DNA of 63,878 bases, the filler included, from Collodictyon triciliatum (lineage: Eukaryota): the NCBI GenBank assembly GCA_043381765.1. It is 19 parts of 19 records of this genome, joined end to end, with 100 filler letters (N's around TTAATTAATTAA, not from the genome) between each part and the next. Parts side by side here need not be neighbours in the genome. Positions count along the whole stretch, not along the records: positions 12,741 to 15,944 come from JBHJMP010007658.1; positions 16,045 to 19,238 come from JBHJMP010007659.1; positions 19,339 to 22,530 come from JBHJMP010007660.1; positions 22,631 to 25,822 come from JBHJMP010007661.1; positions 25,923 to 29,113 come from JBHJMP010007662.1; 14 more parts are not named here. One strand, 5' to 3'. This document shows positions 13,550-26,081 of this stretch, piece by piece. The position numbers and the translations under genes are program-made. The notes under the pieces were generated by a model. The model did not search any database, was not told where the DNA came from, and saw only the letters and a list, made by a program, of their open reading frames with translations. How positions within the stretch are numbered: the stretch's first letter is position 1; every line of letters begins with the position of its first letter.

Positions 13550-15014
13550 AAAAAAAAAAAAAAAAAAAAAAAATAAAAAAAAAAAAAAAAAAGGCAGAGT
13601 CACGAAAATTAAAAAAGCTATCTTCAAGAATCTCGAAATACCGGAACAATATAAAGAATGGGCTAAAACGCATTTGCATGAATCATTCCCAGCGATATTG
13701 TAAATGGTATCGAATATGACTCGAAGTCAATCCAAATAAGTACATTCCATGTCTGATTTACATGAATCCCATTTTTTTGAAGACATTGGAACCAAACCGT
13801 TTCAACCAATCCCTTTAAGAACTAATTATGTACTATGTCATATTACTCTAGATACGGCTTGTTTGATAGGTCTATTAGTATCAACTAGAAAAACGTTTTT
13901 TACTGAATATATCAGGATGCAAAAGACACTATGGGATAAGTTCTTTGAAATGAAGAGGAGGGTCTTTCATCAAACAGACTACAATTTATATACATGATAC
14001 AAACAGACGGCTTGGCGGTGTCATTATCATTTGAAAAGAAAGGTATTTCAAATCCAAAGTCCAAATATAATAAAAAAACCAAGAATATGTTTATATAGAT
14101 GAACTTTCCGAAGAGCAGTTATCTTTATTAGCGAAAAAAATATATAGTTGGAGGGACACATGCAAGTTCAATTTGGTTTACATGGTGGATGAGGCAGGTA
14201 AGGAATTACGTTACATGGCACACCAAAAAAGACATGATAGCAAATCTCTTAAAAATCGAAATAAACTCTTGCACGAGAAAGAAAAGTCGTTGCTTCAGGG
14301 ACATGCATGGCAACAGGTCTACAAAGTGCTGTTTCTTTTGGTCATATGGCTTTTGAAGAGAATCAGCAGTTTGAGACATCAAGAGCATCTTTAATCGATT
14401 TAGACATAATTGAGTAAACATAATTCATGCACGGTCGATTATGAAAAAATTCTCGAGATTATGTATCTATGAAATCAAGATACCAGATAAAATTATCCAG
14501 ATTTTATGAACACGTAACTTTTCGAAAGATGAGATGGAGACATTATGTTAATACAAAAAGAAGTGAACAGTTGTTTATGAACCGAATCGAAAAGACATTT
14601 GGCAAGGATGTTGTACTGACGTAAGGAGACTGGAGCAGAAAATGTCAGATGAAATATTTTATGCCAACAATCGGAAGAGGATTACGAAAAACACTATCCA
14701 AACGTTTTGAACCAGTTAGTGTAGATGAATTAAAAACCTCCAAGATGTGTTGCAACTGCGAAAAAGAACTGGAATATATGAAACTGAAAGGAAATTCAAA
14801 AGAAGCGTATAAATGTCTCATATGTAAAGAATGCAATCGCTCAGAAAGCAAACAAAGTATATTCTTGACAAGGGACTTTAACAGCGCCAATAATATACTC
14901 AAGAAAGTTCCTCCAATCCTTCAAAAAATGCATACACGTTCCTCTAAAAAACAGGCTGTCGGGTCTTTCCTGGCAGCCTTCACCACTACACAATCTTTGG
15001 GAAAAAAGTGGTGA
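13007..15014 (+). pseudogene. Fanzor (eukaryotic TnpB-like RNA-guided endonuclease), Fanzor1-like, disrupted by stops, frameshifts and homopolymer tracts
   Basis: Colinear fragments: YRNVKTSLKSIVK, NNIKEHFVKRLLRFIN, FQPIPLRT..ITLDTACL, IQTDG (about 13997), degenerate RuvC-I IVG..D(TC)KFNLVYMVD (about 14144-14190), *GDWSRKCQMKYFMPTIGRGLR, RuvC-II VDELKTSK, zinc finger CCNC...CKEC, RuvC-III RDFNSANNI. Confidence 0.88.
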
Positions 15015-15075
15015 GACCTTGGATACTAGCGCACCAAGTTTACCAATTGAAAGATTGGTATACTTCTAGTATATT
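14953..15075 (+). ncRNA. Candidate Fanzor omegaRNA scaffold overlapping the 3' end of the ORF
   Basis: Successive stems: 14953-14963/14969-14979 (11 bp, 2 G-U); TCACCACT 14980-14987/AGTGGTGA 15007-15014; CTTGG 15018-15022/CCAAG 15034-15038; TACCAATT-GAAA-GATTGGTA 15041-15060; ATACTAG 15023-15029/CTAGTAT 15066-15072. The position matches known TnpB/Fanzor omegaRNAs. Confidence 0.65.
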
Positions 15076-17676
15076 ATTATTTCAGATCCAAAATAAATCA
15101 ATTATATGGTTGTATGTATACATATAAAGTAAATTCCACAAATATCATACACACAGCAGGAAAACTTGCGTTTCTGGTTTTTGGGAATTACGCTTAGGAA
15201 ACCATGTTCTGAATCTGCTTGCGATGGCGCTTCTTTTTATACCCATATTTTTTGAATATCTGAGTGTATGAATCGTATGTGTTGTGATATATGTAATAGC
15301 AGCGTCTGTTCCATTTTATTCACGTCCTGCTGCAGCTTCCAGTCGAAAGAAACCCAGAAGACAGAAATCAAGACAATATCGTTCTAAGATATTCCACACA
15401 GTTTACGCCCATCGATATCCTCAAGTATTTTTTTCGTGACAATTCTGTGGAAGTAACTAGGCAATGGCTGGTATTTATTCATATATACAACTGCAGTTAA
15501 GCCCAAAAGTTGACAAACAACACGCTACTTAAGCCAAGCAATCGGCCATACAGACAACTATCGATGTGTTCTGATCAAGCCACGTTTCACATTTCGAGGG
15601 TGTGTATGACCTTTGTGACGCACTCGTCTACGCGTTGAACTTCTTTTTTGCACAGCACAAGATTTGAATCAACCAAAGTGAATGAAGACTTTGATAGATG
15701 AGCCTAACCATAGAGAAATTAAAATGAGCCGGTGGTCACCATTTCGCTGAAACTGCAATAACACATATTAGTATATGTTCATATATTATATTTTTTTTTT
15801 GAAAAAAAAGAAGACACAACTTGGAATGCCCCTCTTATTGTCACTAAAATAAAATAAAATAAAATAAAATAAAATAAAATAAAATAAAATAAAATAAAAT
15901 AAAATAAAATAAAATAAAATAAAATAAAATAAAATAAAATAAAANNNNNNNNNNNNNNNNNNNNNNNNNNNNNNNNNNNNNNNNNNNNTTAATTAATTAA
16001 NNNNNNNNNNNNNNNNNNNNNNNNNNNNNNNNNNNNNNNNNNNNTTTTTTTGGTTTTGGTTTTGGTTTTGGTCAGAAATATTTTGAAGCTCTTTTATGAA
16101 GAAAAAAAAAGTACGATTCGGATTCCACGGCAATAAGAACTGAGACGTGAAAGAGAAAGGAAGTAAGAGCGAAAAAAGATAACGAGGCAGAGAGAGAAGA
16201 GAGAAAGAAGGAAAGAGAAGAGAGAAGAGAGAAAGAAGGAAAGAGGGGTGATGAGGAAGAAGACGACGAAAACGAAAACGAAAAAGAAAAGAAAAGAAGG
16301 AAGGCCGCAAGTAAGCTCTACGCTGTGATCCCCACCATCTCTTCCACCCACTTCGCTAGTGAATCGGCCCCATCCAAGTATGTGAATTGCCGCAACAAAC
16401 GCCACAGCCTGCGAGGGCCGAAACACACCCTTGGACAAATCCGCCGAGAGAGCCCGTCGGAGGCAGCAGAAGAGCTCGGCAGCAGAACAAAGGAAAAGAT
16501 ACCGACAGGCAACCAAGAGGCAATCTTTACATCAGAGGTGTTGCGGTGATGAGCAGCATTGAATCACTCCAGCCATGTGATTGCAACTTTGATTTGCAAG
16601 CAGAGGGACAATCACCCAACGATGAATAATTAGGCGATTTTTTTTTTTTTATTCTTCCTTTCAACTTTTGTGCAGGACCGAGGGGTGAATAATTAGGCGA
16701 TGAACTATGGAACCTGTTGAAATGTATCTTTATACTGATGGGAATGAAAAGAAGAGGGGCGATGGAGAAAATGCATATAAAAATGGGCGTAGCAAGTGAG
16801 TAGATTAAATAAAACAAGATATGCAAGTAGTGTCATCGCTTTTATTCACACTGGATGGATTACCCCCAATTTAAATTCAAAACAGAATAAAGTGTGGTTT
16901 AAAGTTTTGACGGTGGATTGTGCTGCAAAATTCTTGGAGTAGGTGTAATATTCCTTAAGACACAGAAACAAGGTGGTATTCACATCTATATGACATTTTT
17001 GATTCGTGTGCGATGATACACGCATATTTTAGGATCGCGTGATTGATATGGAATTTGGGTGATACAAACAAATGTGACAACATCTGAACCGTATGAACTT
17101 CAGTTAGCATGAATAGGAATCGCAGCAGACTCAAATGAAAGGACTTTCAATCATTTGGGTTGGAAAAACACGGCTAAAATCTTGAAAAAATTGCTATATA
17201 CTCGAAAAGAAACCGTCATCATAGGCTGAAATACGAATAAACATAAATGAAACAGTAATTCAGAATAGCTAAAAAAAGGAACAGATTGTTTCCACCGTAA
17301 TAAAAGAACGTCAACCGAAGATGCTCCACTATTTAAATAAATTTTTGTTGGAGCTAATAATATATTCGAGTAATCGGTTTGTTTACTTTTGGCAGAAGAA
17401 AACTCGTATTTAAGGCCAAAAGAATTGTACCAGTGGAAGAAAAATATGCCGAGACAGATTGATAAATATTATGTTATGTCAAAACACGAAGAAACAAATT
17501 GGGTGGTGAAAATCATACTTTTGTTTGCAAATCGTCGATTTTATCTTCGTTTGATTATTGCGTGTGGAAGAAACCACCAATACTACTTGCTTGATTCTGG
17601 CGAAGGACGTGGTTTAGTTCCCGCTTTATTTAGAGACCAAGTTCTTGCCTGGCTGTTGACTTTTTCTGTGTTTAAG

Positions 17677-17774
<98 letters not shown>

Positions 17775-18278
17775 TAAAAGTAATAAAAATAAAAATAATA
17801 GGTATAGTTATAGTAATATGTAATAGTAAAGTAATATGTATAAGTATAACTGATTGATAATAAAATATTTCAATTTTTTTTTCGTTCCTTAGAAACCCAC
17901 AATGCCCTTCGACAAACCACTGCGGAAGTTCCTGGAAGATGTGTGATTATGTTTGATTCCAGCTGCCTTCTTTCATTATTGTCCACACCAATTCGTTTCA
18001 TGGACAACTAAGCAATGAAAAAGTGAGTAAGCGGGAAAAGGAAAAAAAGCAAATGAGAACTAGCATATCCGAAAGTGTGGATTTCAAATATTTGAATGCT
18101 TGAAATGGCTTATCCTATTGCGGAATATACAGTATTAACAGCAAAGGGTAACCCTCCACAAAAAAATCAGGCCAAAATAAAAAGCCACAGGAAAAGCTAG
18201 GCAAGGAGAATCGAAACAAACTAAAAACAACACCACTTGACAAAAGACAGCACATCCTCACCAACCAAGACACGCGAG

Positions 18279-19037
18279 ATGCATGCCATCCTTGCCAGAA
18301 GTCCGGTTGATCTATTCCGTCGGGCCATACCTTTCACACGACAGCTTTCTGCCTCGTAAGCCAGCCCTTGATTTCTCTGCTACACGAAAATGAAAATGAA
18401 AATGAAAATGAAAATGAAAATGAAAATGAAAATGAAAATGGAATAAAACAATATCAAAGGGCTGCCCTCAGCCAGTCCGAGAAACTACTGAAGAAGCTCT
18501 CCGACTCGCAGCCCTTCTTTGTGGTGGCCGGCCCATGCGCCATCGAGTCAGAGGCCATGCTGACCAAAGTGGCCCAGCACCTCTCGGCCGTCTCAGCAGA
18601 GCTGCAAATTGCAGTTGTTCTGAAAGGTAGCTTCGACAAGGCCAATCGAACCGACGGACAAAGCAGCCGTGGCCTGGGTCTCAGCGACGGACTCGACATT
18701 CTTTACCGCGTTGGTCTTCAACACGGCCTTCCGACTCTGACCGATGTCCATGAAGTCCACCAAATCCCGGCCGTGGCTCGTGCTGTGGACATCATCCAGA
18801 TTCCTGCCTTTTTGTGCAGGCAAACAGACCTCATCACCCAGGCCGCAGCCTCTGGGCGCATTATCAACATCAAAAAGGGCCAGTTTGCTTCGCCGCATCA
18901 CATGCATCGGGCGGCTGAGAAGGCGCTGCGTGCGAACGGTGCTGCGTCCAAGACTTTTCTCACAGAGCGCGGCACTTTCTTTGGATACGGCGACTTGGTG
19001 GTCGATGCCCGCAATCTGGTGCGCATGCGCGGCAAAG
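18279..19037 (+). CDS. kdsA: KDO-8-phosphate synthase (2-dehydro-3-deoxyphosphooctonate aldolase), 5' part
   Basis: Exon 1 is 18279-18355. The intron 18356-18459 (GTAAG...AAG, containing a GAAAAT repeat) joins in frame to exon 2, 18460-19037. Motifs: VVAGPCAIES, KGSFDKANRT, LTDVHE, IQIPAFLCRQTDL, NIKKGQF, ERGTFFGYGDLVVD. Confidence 0.93.
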
Positions 19038-22000
19038 GTGATGGTGCCTTGATTGACTTGCTCTCATAGATGGCTCGTCGATTTTATGTCTTGGTTCCTG
19101 CTCCTGCTGTTCTGTTGACTTCCTCTCCATTTATTGGCTACTTTTTTGTTTTTTGTTTTTTTTTTTGTTTTTGTTTTTTTGTTTTTATTTTTTTGTTTTT
19201 ATTTTTTTTGTTTTTATTTTTTTTTTTTTTTTTTTTTTNNNNNNNNNNNNNNNNNNNNNNNNNNNNNNNNNNNNNNNNNNNNTTAATTAATTAANNNNNN
19301 NNNNNNNNNNNNNNNNNNNNNNNNNNNNNNNNNNNNNNTGGAGTTAGATGTGGAGAAAGGTATGGTACTTAGGCGAGCTAGGAGGTTTGGGGGATTGAGA
19401 GATTGTATTCTATGTATTTTATCTTTTTTTTTTTTTTTTTGTGGAGGAAGGGCATATAGAGAGTAGGGTATGTGGTGTATAGGTAGTTGGGGTGTTATTT
19501 TATGGAGAAAGATCACTACTGAAGACGGACACAAGACGGCACATAGGACGACAGAGAGGATGACTAGCGAAGAGTGTAGCAGATCGAAGCAGGTAATGAA
19601 GTGAAGAAAGAAAGCAAGAAACACGGGTACATGACATGGAAGGTAGACAAAAAAAAAAATAGGATGGAAAGCAAATATATGGTAATCGATGTAGATTGAT
19701 GGTAACGTGTGTAGTTTGATGCGGATAGAGTAGAAATGAGAAACTATCAGAATTATGCTAATAAATGCGAATAGATGTGAACTGGTAGGAAATAGCACGC
19801 ATACATCTGGGCAATAATGCGCAAGACAATTAACAGAATATGAATAAAAAAAAAATTAAAATTGCAGGAAATATATTAATAGTATGGCATTACATAATTT
19901 ATGGGAGATACTGATTTTTATTTTCATGTTACTTTTGTTGCATCTAGAATGTTAATTTTTTTTTTTTTTGGTGTTTAAGCGTATAAGGTAGATTCTATTA
20001 ATTCGGATCGGAAGGAGGTTAATTACAACGGCGCTGATATATTTTTAGTGAATAGTTTGCCTCAAGAACTGTAATGCTAATGAATGTGTAGAATTTTATA
20101 TGTCAATAGAAATACTAGACTTGTGTGATTTGTTCTTTTTATATTATTTGTGATAAATTAATCATCATGCAAAATTGTTATAATTCAAAAATCTGGCCGT
20201 GAATAAAGTTGGGGTCTGAGTTATTGGTTGTTGTAGCTTTGTATGTGATGAGATTATTATTGACACCTGTTTAGTGAATAGAAGGGAATCCTTAATTCAG
20301 TTCCTGTTTTGATCTGACGTGTTGCCAAATCCGACTCGTGTCACTTCCACATAACGAAGGCACAACTGTGTTGTTGGACTGTAGAAGAAAGGTAATTTAC
20401 CAAAGTATAAACCCCCATCATATTGCACAAATAGTATGTAATAATTTAAAAAAGAAAAGGTAATTCAAAGGCAACTTTGTTAAAACTAAATAAAGTACGA
20501 ATTGCTTATGCACATGTTATTTATTAAGATATATCGAACGTTTGGGCGGTGTAGGTGCGCTAAATATAAGGATGCGCTTACGAGAAATTAACAAAACAAA
20601 AAGGTATATTTTCATGTAAGTTTTATGTTCAACTTTATTTAACAAGTGCATTTATTATCACTACCATTATTATTTCTTTGATTTACGTGTATCAACAATA
20701 CCATCAATGCGTGAATGTTTTGATACCTCTCTTATAAAGAACGCACTTGGGCTGTCCTATTACTGTTGGCTAATGTAGACCGCGATTACGCTTGCAGTAT
20801 GCAGTGGCTTATTGATATCTCAAAATCTTATTTTGTATCAGTTGTGAATGACTAATTAAATAGAATCGAATAGTTGAATAAATCACGTGTCTCATTATAT
20901 TTTTGTGACGATATGAATATAATACATATAACAGTGTATTTATGGTTTGTGAAATATATTTATTTGTAAAATTCATGCTAAGCATTCGATTATGTTAAAA
21001 TATCCAATATAATGAAAGTGAATATCTAATTTTTGTGCCTGAAGAATGATTTATATTGCTTTATCTACTACGTATTGACCTTAGTGATTGACGGCCTACA
21101 GGAAAATGATAAAGGGCAAGTTTTACTAGAAAGAAAATGTTCATGAAGTCTTGTTTATTGAACCTGTGTTATATTTGATATATTTGTTGATTTTTAAATG
21201 GTTGAGTTCGATTATCTGGTAAATAAAATTTTTGAAGCATTTGAGCGATGAGTTTTTTTTTCCTTTAATGACGACAGCACGATTTAAAATAGTTTTCGAA
21301 TATCCTTGGACACAAGTTAAGCATATGAGCAGCTTACAAACATGCATATAATACTTCCGAGAGTTTTGCTTCATATAGCGTCAGGTCGATAGTTAATGGT
21401 GTATACATACGCAGTGTAGATAAAATTTTGGTGAATTTTTTATTGCAATATTTGGCCCATATATGTGCATGCTTGAGCGGGTATGACTTGATAGTATTAT
21501 GATGGCAAGGTAATATCTTATTGCTATAACAGTGGGTATTTTATGTTATGTTGAGGATATCATGTAATGATTTTTTGAGTCTATTAAAATTTTCTATTTT
21601 TATGTGTTTTTTACAGGAAGACATACTTTAGTATTTTTGTCTTGCTATATCTTTCGATTTATTTGTGTTTCACTATATCATTATTCGATCAATTACTGAT
21701 GATTATAAAGTTAAATACAACTTATTTTGATAAACATATCTTTTTAGTCTAGAGTCAGTTTTTTTTTCTACTGACCATAATCTAATCCACATATCCAAAC
21801 ATAACGAATATGCATCGATACTTAAATGACGACGGACATGATGAGACTATAAGAAATTATTGTAATCGCCTGAGGCATCAAAATAGTCTCACCTAAGTCG
21901 ACGATATTGAATGTGAGAATGGAAGTCATGTACAGTGCTTCTTGAAAATACCAAAGTATTTGGTGAAGACACACTCACCCCAGGTTACCTATTCCTGTTT

Positions 22001-22446
22001 GTTTGAGCTTGATTAAGAGCGGTTGTGCTTAGATATGTAATACTATGAAGGGGCTGTGTAATTTAATTGTTTAGCATATTATAATTTTTCCATAAAGATG
22101 TTTTTATATGAAATTTTATTATTAGGATATGCCAAAATAATATGCTCACAGATTTAGTTGACTTGAGGTATGTTTCATGGATAGCTCTATGCGTATCTGT
22201 TCCATAATATGTAAGATTAGCAGTAGTCGTGGCAGTTTGTATCATTGCTGCTTACTGTGTTTTACGCCTGTTTTTTCTGGGGTTAGTTAATGATGGATAG
22301 TGCAATAGTATAATTTTCATTTTTTTGAATATATATAATGGTGATATGTTTATAAAAGGATTATATCCAGATATTGTCTCATGACTGAACAGCATTAAAA
22401 CTCACGTTAATTACTCCAATAAAAGCACAGCAAAAAAGTGTAGATG

Positions 22447-22505
<59 letters not shown>

Positions 22506-22632
22506 TAAAAAAAAAAGAAACAAAAACGAANNNNNNNNNNNNNNNNNNNNNNNNNNNNNNNNNNNNNNNNNNNNTTAATTAATTAANNNNNNNNNNNNNN
22601 NNNNNNNNNNNNNNNNNNNNNNNNNNNNNNGA

Positions 22633-22728
<96 letters not shown>

Positions 22729-22791
22729 GTCAACAAAAATTAGAATTATTATTTGCATTTTTGACTAAATGAAGTATGAATTCAATGCTAA

Positions 22792-25769
22792 CCTTTCCTG
22801 TCAAACTTCAGTCTCCAGCGCTTGATAATGAGAGTGTAAAGCTCAATGACGCCGTTGGTCGAAAGTAGAGCAAATAGTTCATCATCAAGCTTCTCATAAA
22901 CTCCGAAAACCCTGACTTCATCCAGAATGACGCGGAGATAGAGCGGATGGCCTGTAGATAATATCAGATAATGAATAGCTAAATAAATTTATGAAATAAT
23001 TTAATCAAATAATATGCTTTTTTAATTAATGTCTCACCAGTATCTTTTAATCTGGTCAGAATCATTCCAACTTGCTTTTCGTTCAGGGTCTTGTCATAGC
23101 GAATGAGGAATGATTTGACACCATCCTTAATTTCGCCCTCAGTCAACTTGGCGACAGGAATCGGCTCCAGTCCACTTTGCTTGGCAGACTTGTGACAGAT
23201 AGAATAAGTAAAGTTCAACTCAAATAATTTTTAACTAGCATGTAAACAAAAATTAAAATAATAAATACTGAATACCGTGCAAGATTCATGGGTATCGATG
23301 GTCGACACAACCACGGCAACATTAGCTGGTGTTTCTTTGGGCAACCAGGTCAGCAGATGCGGAGCTGGCGTTCCTTGCGACGGGTGGATTTGGTTGATGG
23401 CATCGATGAGGAAGACAAACTTTTCGTCCCTACAATATACAATTTAATATCAATTTTTTTTATTCGATTCAAAGTATTTAATTTTGATTTAATAATTAAA
23501 ATAGATAAAAAAAATTGAAGTATTACTTATTTTTCTCCTGAATCATCTTCAGCAAGCCCTGGAGTCCCTCTTTTTCGTATTCTGGTGGCAAAATAAAAAA
23601 ATAATATGAATAAATATACGAGATTTTAAGTTAAAAAGATAAAAATAAAATACAGAAATATAATACCTGCTTCTTGCTTCTTTTGCTCGACAAAGTTGGC
23701 AGAGTTTGTGACCAAAGTCCAGAAGCGAATCGAAACGCTAAACAAAACAAATGTTGGAAAAAACCAAAATAATATCTATTATATCTATAAAAACAAAAAC
23801 AAATAGAAATAACCTTTCCACGTAGTTGCTGAGGTTAGTGCATCCGACAAAATGGAAAAAGACATTCAGCCCAGGATGCTTCATCCCTTCGAGGTCTCTC
23901 ACCGTAGCAGCCATTAGCGACGACTTTCCAATACCAGACTCTGCAGCAAGAACGATGATTTTGGATTTCTCGGTGCTCAGCTGATTCATGGCCTGATAAT
24001 AATAATAATTTATAGATAAGAAAAGAATCAAAGGATATTGTTGTTATTTTAATTAATTGCTCTTCATCTTACTTGCTCCGTGATTGTCTTGAGAAGCTCC
24101 TTTCTTCCGCCAAACCCAGCCAGTCGGTGCATCTTGAACTGGTGCTGCGCTTGGTCTTCAGGGTCTCTCACCTATAGTATTGTTATGTGAACAAATGTAT
24201 AAATGAAATGAAATATATCTCACCAATCAATACTGATATCCATAAATCCATAAAATAACAAAAAAAAATGTACAGTTTGATTCCCAAAGTCTCGCTCGAT
24301 CGCGTAAGTGAGATGGCGAGTCATAAGGTCCGAATACTCCTTCGCTCCTTTGTAGACAACATGCCCGAACTTGGCCTTGACTTTCCCTTTGAGCACCTCC
24401 TGCCTCTTACGCTAAAAAAAAATACATTAAAATATATGTCAAAAATTTAATCATTAAATAAACATAACATAATTACTCGAAAATAAATACAAAACACTTT
24501 CTATCAATTTTTACCGCCTCTTCGCTTTCAGCTTGGAATAGCTTTCTTTCTTCCTCGCTCTGGGCATGTTGGACGGCATAGTGCTCATCGCGGAGGTAAA
24601 AGAAGGCGCGGCTGCATGCTGGTTTGTCAATCAGACAGGCGTACTGAATCTGAAAATGTATATTTGATTAAGAGAATAGTTTTTAATTCAATTATAATTA
24701 TTCATGATAAGGTACAGAATACACGTTGCTATTAGCTTCACCTCGTATTCAGTCACACTCAACCCAGGCATTGCGTCAATGAAAGGGAAGCGGCTACTGG
24801 TTTCACTGCGCCATTCCACCCAAATATCCTTCATGGTGGCATCAGGCTTGGTTTTCAGCAGCTCCTCAAGGCGGGCTTGTTTGTTCAGCTCCGTTTTGTT
24901 CTGGTCAGGAATCCAGCCGTAGCGCGCACCGAGAGAGCACACAAAGTATGGACATTTTCCGATGGAGTCCAAACAGCGAATCACAACCTTTGAAAGCAAC
25001 GAGAGAAAATTGAAGTTTATTGTTTAATAAATTGCAGTATAATGAATATTATCAAAAAAATAATGTTAATAATATAGTATTTACCCATCCCTCACTACTG
25101 TCCACAGAAGTCAGTCCCCAGCGCAAATCGATAAAGACAAGGTCCAGTCCCTTCGATTTCGCAAGCCTTTTCAACCTGACATAAAGATTATATTGTTAGG
25201 AAAATAAAAACATCAAATTATCGTTCTTATCATGGATTTATTTTAAAAATGTATGGATTAAACTAACTCAGAGGCTCCATTCTTGAAAAATTCGTCTCTT
25301 TCTTTCTGCATGTCACGGAAAGTGGAGGAAAGGAAAACACGGATGACACGCTCGTCAAAGACAATGAGCGGCAATGGTGTCGGTGTCGGGTATCTTTGTG
25401 GAGCCGGATTCCACTTCTTGTATTGCCTTTCCTTCAGGTCTTCACGAGCAAGCTTCATCTGGTTTGAAATGGACATTATATACCACCAAACGGAATGATT
25501 TGGTCAAATTTTAATTATTTCATTTATTAAATTATTAATTACCTTGTCAAGAAGAATGCAAGTGCGGATGAGCACAACAGAGCCTTTTTCTTCCAGACCA
25601 AGACCTGCATCAATATTTGAATTTAATTTAGTTCAGAAATAAATATAAAAAAATCAATAATAAAAATAAAAAAGTAAATATAAATCAAATTTCAACCATG
25701 GAACGGAAACGGGGCCTTCGCTCTTTCGTAGAGCTTCTTGGCAATATCGTACCTCTCACGACATTTTTT
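22792..25769 (-). CDS. DUF4062 + NACHT-type STAND NTPase (TEP1/NPHP3-like architecture), internal fragment
   Basis: Motifs: RVIRVFLSSTFRDMQKERD, VFIDLRWGL, PYFVCSLGARYGWIP, SVTEYE, Walker A AESGIGKSS, FFHFVG, Walker B-like VFLIDAINQ, GHPLYLRVILDEVRVFGVYE. Many GT-AG introns. Confidence 0.85.
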
Positions 25770-25975
25770 CTACAATTTTTAACGATTGGAAACTATATTT
25801 CTGCCTGGTTCAAAAAATATAANNNNNNNNNNNNNNNNNNNNNNNNNNNNNNNNNNNNNNNNNNNNTTAATTAATTAANNNNNNNNNNNNNNNNNNNNNN
25901 NNNNNNNNNNNNNNNNNNNNNNCTATTCGCATTTCTGTGGTTGATAAGATTAATTTTGGTATTTGTCTACTCTGA

Positions 25976-26080
<105 letters not shown>

Positions 26081-26081
26081 G

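Noticed and set aside
12886-15108. Possible terminal inverted repeat for the Fanzor element (AATTGATTT at 12890 and AAATCAATT at about 15095)
   Set aside because: Only about 9 bp and all-AT-like in AT-rich DNA, with no clear TSD. Not distinguishable from chance without more copies.
21838-21891. ATGATGA...CTGA box C/D-like pair and a 9-bp inverted repeat TGAGACTAT/ATAGTCTCA
   Set aside because: Too short for a snoRNA and no guide was recognised. The rest of contig 19339-22530 shows no supportable feature.
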